The position numbers and the translations under genes are program-made. The notes beneath the pieces were generated by a model, which was given only the letters and a program-made list of their open reading frames with translations, had not been told where the DNA came from and did not search any database. A stretch of 64,000 nucleotides of DNA, from sequence record AJ697969.1. One strand, written 5' to 3'. The DNA is from Pseudomonas phage EL. Positions within the stretch are counted from its first letter, which is position 1; each line of letters opens with the position of its first letter. Below, in pieces: positions 39,125 to 47,881 of the stretch.

Positions 39125-40561
39125 ATGCACGAAACCAATGAACTGAACAAACTGTACGAAGCGATGTGTTTGTCGTGGGGCGCGCAGGTTAAAGAACAGG
39201 GACGACTCGTCTTTATGATCGATGGGGAAGAATTCCCACTCCGTATTGATGGGATGACCCTCCACCTTCCGCTGAGCGAAGTCCTGGATGGGAACTGCGT
39301 GGATAAGGTCTTCTTCCACCCGGCCTGTGAAAACATCGTGTCGAAAGAAACGGAAGTGTTCAAGATCATCCGGCGGATGACCTGTATGAAACTGCTGGAT
39401 ACCTTCCGTCGTATTCCGATGGTGTTATTCACCGTTGCAGGCCATAAGCCCAAGAGTACCTGGAACCAACGTATCCACGACATGCTGGAGCCCCTTAAAG
39501 GTGCCAAGCGTGCGGTACGGGATGAACTCAACGCATTGTTCAGCCGTATGCATGTGGAAGTGGAAGAGAATGGGTTGGATAACCGTTTCATTCACTTCAA
39601 GGTATCTAAGGGCGGTGGTACCAGTAAGACCACGGGTCAACGGATCTATTACAAGACCCGTCCGGAGTTTCCGTTCTATACGGAAATCGTTCGTCGTCTG
39701 GCACGTTCGGATGGTCAATCGGATAACCAGACCATTGAAATCAATAACCACACGGTCTCCCGAGCGGCACTTCGTCTGGCCGCCCATATCTTCCAGAACG
39801 TCCTTCCGGCGGTAAACAGTCCCAGTGACTATGAGTTTGAATCGACTTCCCCGGTGGCGTCTCGTCTAGTGTCCTACATGGGGTGCTATGCGGAAATCGC
39901 AGATCAATTGAATAAGATCCAGAATACCTTCCGATCTGATTTCGATAAAGCCGGGTTGTACCCGATTGATCTGAGCTGGACGGAACGCCTGGAAGAACTA
40001 CCGGATATTTATCGCCAAGTCCCAGTACTGGATTACAACAGCCACAACACCCATGATGAAGTCCAGCATCAAGCAGTGAGTCGGAATGACATGGGTGGTC
40101 TGCTGTCGGTTACCAGTACCAACCAACAGGGTGTTTCTCAACATCAATCCCAACCGCAGCACGTTGCAGGAATGAGCGGGGACTATGACGTATCACCTCC
40201 GCAGATGCAAGCGGGAGACCGGTATGTCCGTACTGAGATCGATTACGTCGGTCAACGCGTTCTCCACCATGCGGTTAACCAAACCACCAATAACCCGGTC
40301 GTCTACATCTGTAGCCGTAAAGGGAACTTCCTGCAACGCTCTGAAACCAACATGATGCTCCAGCAAATGGGTATGTTGGGTGGGATGGGTGGTATGATGG
40401 GTGGAACGATGCTGGCCAACGGGATGGTTCAACTGCCGAACGGTATGATCGTGAATCCGCAGATGATGGGGGGTGTTTCGATGCCCACACCTACCGCCGC
40501 ACCGAGTGTATACCCGGACGCCGGTATGGGGTTTGACCTGGGAGCCCCAGGTATCTTCTAA
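39125..40561 (+). CDS. hypothetical protein with Met/Gly/Gln-rich low-complexity C-terminal tail
   Basis: ORF; C-terminus ...MMLQQMGMLGGMGGMMGGTMLANGMVQLPNGMIVNPQMMGGVSMPTPTAAPSVYPDAGMGFDLGAPGIF. Confidence 0.55.
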   Translation: MHETNELNKLYEAMCLSWGAQVKEQGRLVFMIDGEEFPLRIDGMTLHLPLSEVLDGNCVDKVFFHPACENIVSKETEVFKIIRRMTCMKLLDTFRRIPMVLFTVAGHKPKSTWNQRIHDMLEPLKGAKRAVRDELNALFSRMHVEVEENGLDNRFIHFKVSKGGGTSKTTGQRIYYKTRPEFPFYTEIVRRLARSDGQSDNQTIEINNHTVSRAALRLAAHIFQNVLPAVNSPSDYEFESTSPVASRLVSYMGCYAEIADQLNKIQNTFRSDFDKAGLYPIDLSWTERLEELPDIYRQVPVLDYNSHNTHDEVQHQAVSRNDMGGLLSVTSTNQQGVSQHQSQPQHVAGMSGDYDVSPPQMQAGDRYVRTEIDYVGQRVLHHAVNQTTNNPVVYICSRKGNFLQRSETNMMLQQMGMLGGMGGMMGGTMLANGMVQLPNGMIVNPQMMGGVSMPTPTAAPSVYPDAGMGFDLGAPGIF

Positions 40562-40577
40562 GCAACAATAACCTTAC

Positions 40578-40630
40578 CAGTACCTAGCGGGATATCCCGC
40601 TAGGTACTGTGTTTTCTCTATTTTATTCCA
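40578..40630 (+). terminator. rho-independent terminator (CAGTACCTAGCGGGA/TCCCGCTAGGTACTG plus T-rich run)
   Basis: 15-bp stem then TGTTTTCTCTATTTTATT. Confidence 0.55.
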
Positions 40631-41044
40631 GTATTTTTACGCTTGGGTCGTATTACTACGTGCAACGGCCTGGGTCAAATGGGCCTCGTCAATTATCTTG
40701 TAACTTTGCATGCCCGCACAATCCATAAAGGGATCTTCAATCCCATTCAGATAGGCGGTGACCCACAGCATATGGTTTTCAACCCCTTGAACCCTCAGGA
40801 ACCGATAGAAGTCATACCGATAGGCATACAGTTGTGCGTGAGAGACGATTGGAATCTCCTGGGTTTGACGGAGGAGTATTTCCCGTTCGGACCGCACCAA
40901 GACTTTGAACCGTTCAGTAAAGAAGAAATCACGTCCTTCACTGAAGTTAACAATAGACAGTGGCATGGAGAAGATCCTTATCGATGCAGCTAACCATTTT
41001 TGAACCTATATTATTTCTGTGACCCGACATAAGGAATTATCCCA

Positions 41045-42187
41045 ATGGAATACTTAACGACCCAACGAAGTCGATTGTATCCCAACCTGGATACTCGTCT
41101 GGTATTAAACAAAACCATAGGGTGTTCACGTTTCATATGGAACGCTCTACTGGGTAATCATAAGGAAGAATACGGTCTTTGGGTAGAGGATCCAGAAACT
41201 CATCCTAAACCGAGTTGTTCTTTAAGTTCCTTTAATCAAAAGCTGAACGAACTTAAAGTTGAATACCCCTGGTTAAATGAGGTCAGTTCTGTTGCTTTAC
41301 AACAAACAGTTCTTCATTTAACCAAGGCTTTTAGTGAGTTCTTCCAGGGTATTCATGGTTATCCAAAATTTAAATCTAAACGAGATCCCGGTGGATTTAA
41401 CCTCAGTAGTGCAGCGGGAACTTTAGCCAAGGACGGCAAGATTCGAATCCCCAAGATAAAGGGATACACCACCTGTCGACCTAAGCTCCCGTTGGATCAG
41501 GAAATTAGGAACTACAGCATTGTCAAAGACCGGGTTGGGAATTACTTTGTCAATTGCTTAGTAACTAAACCTTGTCTACCGAATACGGCTAAAGGTCAAG
41601 GACTGGTGGGGGTTGATCTGGGGATTAAATCCTTAGCGGTGGCGAAGCGGTCTACAGGTGAAATCTTTACCTTGGAGAATCCTCGAACCTACATGAAGTA
41701 CCACCGTAGACGTGTACGACTTCAACGGCGATTAGCCAAGAAACAGAAAGGGAGTCAAAACCGTAATAAAGCTAGAATTAAACTGGCCAAACTAGAACGT
41801 AAGGTCGGCAATATTCGCAAGAACACCCTGGATACCTTCACCTCTAAACTGATTAGCGAAAACCAAGTAATCAGTATTGAGGATTTGAATGTTAAAGGGA
41901 TGCTGAAAAACAGCCGGTTGGCTAAGCATATCCAAGACTGTGGATTTAGCACCCTCCGGAGGATGTTGGAACACAAGGCTAAACGGTATGAATCACCGGT
42001 TATTATTAGCCTGGTCCATCGATTTTACCCCAGCACCCAGTGTTGTTCAGCGTGTGGTATTAAACGTGAGATCAAACTGACCCTTAATGACCGGGAATGG
42101 ACCTGCGCTGAATGCGGGACCTCTCACGACAGAGACATCAATGCTGCAACGAATATCCTGTATGAAGGACTTCGGTTAGTGGTCTGA
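41045..42187 (+). CDS. tnpB: IS200/IS605-family TnpB (OrfB) RNA-guided nuclease
   Basis: RuvC-I GVDLGIKSLAV, RuvC-II VISIEDLNVKGM, zinc finger CCSACG...CAECG, RuvC-III HDRDINAATNI; 380 aa; AT-rich codon usage unlike the flanking phage genes. Confidence 0.85.
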   Translation: MEYLTTQRSRLYPNLDTRLVLNKTIGCSRFIWNALLGNHKEEYGLWVEDPETHPKPSCSLSSFNQKLNELKVEYPWLNEVSSVALQQTVLHLTKAFSEFFQGIHGYPKFKSKRDPGGFNLSSAAGTLAKDGKIRIPKIKGYTTCRPKLPLDQEIRNYSIVKDRVGNYFVNCLVTKPCLPNTAKGQGLVGVDLGIKSLAVAKRSTGEIFTLENPRTYMKYHRRRVRLQRRLAKKQKGSQNRNKARIKLAKLERKVGNIRKNTLDTFTSKLISENQVISIEDLNVKGMLKNSRLAKHIQDCGFSTLRRMLEHKAKRYESPVIISLVHRFYPSTQCCSACGIKREIKLTLNDREWTCAECGTSHDRDINAATNILYEGLRLVV

Positions 42188-42361
42188 TAGAAAATTTACT
42201 CTTTGGAGTAACTACCGAAGCCTACTCGGGATGTTAAGCCTGTGGAGCATCAGTGCGGTTAAGCTGAGCAATGAAGCAGGAAGTTTGAGGTTAAAACATT
42301 GGGATAAAGACAGTCTTAACTCATTATTGAAAAGACTGCTGTTGACTGTAATGGAGCCGTT
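42188..42361 (+). ncRNA. candidate TnpB omega-RNA (reRNA) / IS right end
   Basis: 174-nt non-coding tail immediately 3' of tnpB with several hairpins (e.g. CAGTCTT...AAGACTG); position matches where omega-RNA scaffolds of TnpB elements lie. Boundaries not determined. Confidence 0.3.
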
Positions 42362-44668
42362 ATGAGTAAAGAAAAATTGAATCAGGACCTGAAAGGTGTA
42401 AGTAGTGAGATCCGTGCCGCACTGGGTGCAGAGGATACGGATCTTACCCCTGACAGTGCAGCGGGTCAATTCCTCCAGGAAGTCCGTTACAAGTATCCCT
42501 GCGGGGAGAATCAAATCCATCCTGCTTTAGTGGGTGTCAGCAGTAACCTGATTCTCTTCCCGCACGAAGCCTCCGCGGGTCGTCTCTATATGGCGGGTAA
42601 CATGATCCCTAAATCCGTGCCGACCGAAGGAGCGGGTGAACGGATGATGGTAACCGGGTACGAATTTGAGGAACATTACGGTGGAACGGCTCGTAAGGTC
42701 GAAGCCCCTGCGAATATGCTGGTGGAAGAGATCTTCTTCGTTCAGAGTCTGGTTCCGGGTAAGGATACGGATGACTGGAATTCGATTTACGTGGTCTTTA
42801 AGAACGACGAACAGAACGCCTACGACCTTCTGGAGCTACCTCGGTATAACACCCATAACCACTACGTTGGGTTCGAATATAAATACGATAAAGAGAAACT
42901 CCGTAAGCTCCGTAAAGGTGCCACTTTCGCTAAAGGGACCGTCTTCGCTAAGAGTCCCCGTATCAGTGAGAATGGGGAATGGTGTTTTGCAATGCCGACC
43001 TTGGTAGCCGCCTATTCGGACCAAAGGACTGAGGAGGATGGCGTGCTTATCACCCGTTCCTATGCGGAACGTTCGGCTTGTATGTTCAAGCACGAGTTCA
43101 GCTATGAATGGAATGAGGATGAATGGATTCCTCTGATGCTGTACGGAACGGACGAGAACCCCCAACCGCTCCCTGAGTCGGGTGATAACATCCGTGAGGA
43201 TGGGATCGTCATGGGCTTCCGTCGCCGCATCAAAGAGAACGCGCTGGTTTCCCTGACCAAGAAGTCCCTACGAGAACCGGATCTGGTGTACGACAAGTTG
43301 TTCTATGCGCCGGTGGATGCGGTTGTGATGTCAGTCACTGTTCGGTCGGATCGGATGAAGAACCGGTCCAATAACCGGGGAACGGATTACATCGAACAAC
43401 ACCACAATGCCATGCTGGACCGCTATGAGAAACGCCAGAATGAAATGTGGAACAATGTGATCCGGTGGTACGAAGGGAAGATCGCTGCCAACCGCGGGGA
43501 AGACATTCCCATTACCTTTGACCTCGATACCTTCATTCGGAACGCGTATGGTAACTATACCCGCAATGGGTTGGGTCGTATTAACCCGTTGGCCCGAGTG
43601 GAACGGTGGGATAAACTGAAAGATTGGAACGTGACCATCGAACTGAAGGAACGGGTCAAAGGTCGTGTTAAATTCAAGTACGCGGGTTTGAACGGTGACA
43701 AAGGGGTGTGTGTACGGGTCATTGAAGACGACGAAGCTCCCACCTATCCGGATGGGACTCGGGCGGAGTTCATTAAAGATAACGTACCGGCGTTCCGTCG
43801 CCAGATCTTTTCGTTGCTCATGGAACTGAGTATCAACTATGTGAACATGAACGTTCAACGGGAAGTCAGACACCTACGGCTACAAGGGGATTATGAAGGC
43901 GCTTTCCAGGCGTTGATGACGTTCTATGAAACCGGTTTCCCTGAATTCAGTGAATTGGTTGCTCATGCGTTGGTTACGGAGGAGGAGAAACGTGAGCACG
44001 TCGACGATGTCTGTCGCCGGAAGATTTCCGTGCATGTGGTCAGTAACACGAAGTTGTATGGCGTGAACCTGATCAACGCCCTGCGTCGTCAATACCCGTA
44101 TAAGCCGCAGAAAGCCATTATCGTGAACGCACTGGGAGAACGGGTGGAAACCGAGAACCCTATCCTTATCAGCTGTCAGGACATTATGCTCCTGGATAAG
44201 TTTGGTACGGACATGAGTGCGCAGAGTATGCCGAAGGCTAACCTCTTTGGTATGCCAGCGAAGATGAACGAAGGCAGTAAATACGCCACCCCCATGAAAG
44301 ACAGTAATAACAAGAATACCGGTGAAACCGAAGGCCGGTTGCAAGTCAGTCACGCGGGCGGGCAGGAAATGATCAAGCAACTGGCTCTGGCGTATTCCCC
44401 CGAGAACCAGAAAAAAGCCTCCCAACGGGTTATTCGTGCGGATGATCCGTTTGAGATTCCTCGGTTGATTAAACCGGAGGAGTATTTGGGGAATCGGGCG
44501 TTGAAAATGGCGGTGGGAATGTTGTCGGATTCGGGTTATCGGCTGCGAGCTGAACTACCCAGTGATCGTCGGGAATATCCAACCTTTAACATGGATGAAA
44601 TCCCAGGGTTAGATGACGAGACCTTGAAGCAGCTTCAGTCATCCGAGAAACCCACTCAAGAACCTTAA
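42362..44668 (+). CDS. multisubunit RNA polymerase beta subunit, C-terminal half (separate polypeptide)
   Basis: [27 protein letters not shown] ~ [39 protein letters not shown] ~ [30 protein letters not shown] ~ FGGQRFGEMEVWALEAYGA. Confidence 0.7.
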   Translation: [768 protein letters not shown]

Positions 44669-44707
44669 CCCCATGATAGACTCACGGTATGGAGAGGAAT
44701 GTAACTC

Positions 44708-47700
44708 ATGGTAATGAAGATCAAACTCCGTGAATGGGCTAATTTACCAGAAGAAACTGTTCTCCGTTGGTTAAACACCCGCCGGTGGGTGGAGGTCACG
44801 GATGACCTGGACCAAGTCGCTCTAACGGATACCTACGCTCTGATCATTACCTGGCATGGAATGATCATCCACCGGCATTATAACGATGTCCCCTATTCCA
44901 TTAAGGAGATGGTACCCAGTAACAAGGTGGAAGGGGGTGAAGACACCGTCTATAACGATGGAACCAACGCGACGCCTATTAACCAGTTCTTAAAGGTCAT
45001 TCTTCCTACGATTATTGACCCGGTGGAAGTGGACGGGATTAAACGGCTTATTCATATCTGGCAGAATAAGCTGAATAACCTGCTGGTGGTGATGAGTGAA
45101 CGTTACGTTATTTCAGCCACCGCTGAATCCGTAGCGGAGTTCATGGAAGATGAAGGGATCTCTGGAATACGGGACCGTGTCCTGAGCAAGGAGATTTCAA
45201 TTGATGAGGGTGAGCGGGAGTTTGCGGATTATGTCCGGACCGCTCATTCCATTGCCAACAACACCCTCACCCTGCTGTCGCGTACGGGCGGGGTGGCCAT
45301 TAACCAGGCGTATCAGAAGACGATCATCCGGGGTAAAGTCTTTGACCTGAACAACTCGATCATGCCGAATGCGATTACGGTTCCGTATGCGCATGGGATT
45401 ACCAACCTGGCTGATATGCTGGGTGAACGGAATGCAGCAGGTAAAGCCGGGGTTTTGTCTTCAAAGATAAAAATCCCTGGTGGATGGAAGACCATGGGTA
45501 ACATCCGGGTGGGTGATGAAGTCGTTACACCCGATGGAGGTACCGCTAAGGTGCTGGCAGTTCACCCACAAGGTGTAACCAAGGTTGTACGGGTGCACTT
45601 CAAAGACGGTCGATATACTGACGTTAGTCCAGATCACCTGTGGAAGGTTAGACGTCATCATTGGTGCAACGATAAAGCCATGGCTAAACTCACTCGGGAG
45701 GAAGTGGAAGAACGTGTATGGCGAGTCATCACCACCAATGAGTTGAAAGACTATATTGGTCTGTCAACTAAGGTATACGTCCAACTGATTGAACCTGAAA
45801 GAAATGCCGATAAACCCTTCAAAATTCACCCGTATGTGCTCGGTGTCTTGTTGGGGGATGGATGCATTAGTCAAAAGGCTGTGGATATCACCAAACCTTA
45901 TCAACAGCTATTCGATAAGGTCCAATCGCTATTGCCAGAACATTTGGAATGTGTTTGGCGACCCAACCGTAAAGGTGATGGAGAACCTAAAACGTTTGGG
46001 ATCCGTTTTAAAGATCGTCGGTCCGAACAGCACATCAACTGGCATATCCGTGATGGCCTGAAGGAACTGGGCTTGTATGGAATGCGGTCGTGGGGAAAAG
46101 TCATTCCCGAAGAATATCTTCACGGATCGGCTAAACAACGTTTGGAGCTCCTCCAAGGACTGTTGGACACAGACGGAACTGTGGACAAACACAAATCGGT
46201 TAGCTTTAGCTCTTCGTCTAAGTTACTCTCCCTCGGAGTGCAATACTTGGTCAGAAGCCTAGGGGGGATGGCACGTCTCCAAGAACGTACTCCCCACTAC
46301 ACCCACAATGGAGAAAAAAGGGAAGGTCGTACGGACTATCGGGTTTATATCCGATACCCTCGACCAGAAGAACTCTTCACCCTAGACCACAAACGGGAAC
46401 GTGCGGTCTCGCACCAGCATACGGAAACCCTGAGACTGCAAGTAACTCATATTGAAGAACGTCCTGATGAGGAGACACAATGCATTACGATCGATCATCC
46501 TGATCATCTGTACATTACAGACGACTTCATTGTCACCCACAACAGCCTAACCAATAACGGCAAGGCCCTGAAATCATCGGAATGGTTCCACCGGAAGGTA
46601 CACATCCTGTCCGCTGTGGTGGCGGATATCGATCATTTCATGGACTGTGGAACGACCACTACAGTGCCGATCCGAATTCCCAATATGCAAGCGGCAATGG
46701 CACTGTTGGGTAAATTCAGGGTAACCGATACAGGAGAATTAGAACTCATTGATCAAACCACGGTGTGGTCAATTAAGCCAGGGGAGTGGGTTAATATTCG
46801 TAGTGTGGCCTTCTGTAATCACTACAATAGTGCTTCACCCTGCCGGGTATGCTACGGGATGATGGCGAGCTCTATCCCGTATAACGTGATGATGAAGAAA
46901 GGGGCTGATGTCGGGATGTGGTGTACCACCTCGATCTGTAACCCCATCGGCCAGGGAATGCTCTCCACCAAGCATTTCATTAGGAATGCAACGACCCGTA
47001 AGTTCGTTCCTGCGACTAAGGATAAGAACGTTATCTATTCCAATGGTGACGATATTTTCCTGACTAAGGAACTCTGTGCACCGGGCACTGAATTGGTGCT
47101 CAAAGCCGATATTGTAAACATCCTCTCGGATATCCGTTCCTTGGATGTTCTGGACAACTTGAGCCTGGATAAACTCCCGTACTTCTCTGAAGTCACATTC
47201 CGCTATGAAGTCGAAGACATCATGATGGGGGGTAAAACCCTCCAGCAGCATGCGGCTTGTACCTCGGTGTCGTCTCGGAATGCCCGGTTCTCGTTGGAGT
47301 TCCTGAACTATCTCCTGAGTAAAGGTTGGGCGAACGAAGGTAAGAAACATATTACCGTTGATTTGAGTGAATGGAATACGCTCAGTCCTATCTTCACACT
47401 GCCGTATGTTCGTGAAGACTTGGACATGCACCGGGCTCGGGTAGAGAACTTCATCACGTTCAATAAACGCAATAACGCCTGGAGACAGCAGATCGTTACA
47501 CCCCGTCTCTTTGGTGAGGTCTTAGCGGAATACTGGGGATTGATCAACCAGGAAACGAAAGGGATTAACATCATCCATCCTGAGGTCTTGCTCTATTCCA
47601 CGTTGTGTCGGGATCCCATGCGCGGGGATTATTCCCTGGCGAATGGTAAAGGACCTAAGTATTTCGTGAACTTCCAGGAGTGTATCAAAGGCAGGGGGGC

Positions 47701-47818
47701 GGGTATGCTCATGATCTACGAGAACCAGCAAAATGTGCTAAGTGATCCTAAGACATTCCGTGTGGTAAACCGTCAGGGGAGTCCGCTGGAGTGCTTCTTT
47801 AGCTTAGCGGTGAGTTGA
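44708..47818 (+). CDS. multisubunit RNA polymerase beta' subunit, C-terminal part, interrupted by an intein in the bridge helix
   Basis: after in-silico splicing, [28 protein letters not shown] ~ [28 protein letters not shown] (bridge helix); [21 protein letters not shown] ~ [45 protein letters not shown] ~ [25 protein letters not shown] (trigger loop). Confidence 0.75.
   Translation: [1036 protein letters not shown]
45446..46543 (+). mobile_element. intein with full LAGLIDADG homing endonuclease, inserted after GK in the beta' bridge helix
   Basis: starts [17 protein letters not shown] (Ala1), Hint block [39 protein letters not shown] motifs [13 protein letters not shown] and [12 protein letters not shown], ends [12 protein letters not shown] with +1 Ser. 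Confidence 0.7.
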
Positions 47819-47845
47819 GTGGGTGACCCCGTTCGTTAGTGTGGA

Positions 47846-47880
47846 CCTCTTAAGGGGGTCCTCGGAATCCCCCTTAAGAG
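47846..47880 (+). promoter_or_regulatory. 13-bp-stem hairpin whose 3' arm contains the Shine-Dalgarno (AAGAGG) of the helicase gene
   Basis: CCTCTTAAGGGGG / TCCCCCTTAAGAGG inverted repeat ending 1 nt before the spacer to ATG 47882; no downstream T-run. Confidence 0.35.
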
Positions 47881-47881
47881 G

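Noticed and set aside
40637-40993. 109-aa (minus) and 116-aa (plus) ORFs just upstream of tnpB, considered as a possible IS200-type TnpA
   Set aside because: No HuH (His-hydrophobic-His) motif and no correctly spaced catalytic Tyr. The region is only 480 bp and more likely holds the IS left end or a gene remnant.
44708-45000. Looked for the NADFDGD catalytic motif at the N-terminus of the beta' C-part ORF ([10 protein letters not shown])
   Set aside because: The match is too weak. The genuine DFDGD motif is at 31083..31097.
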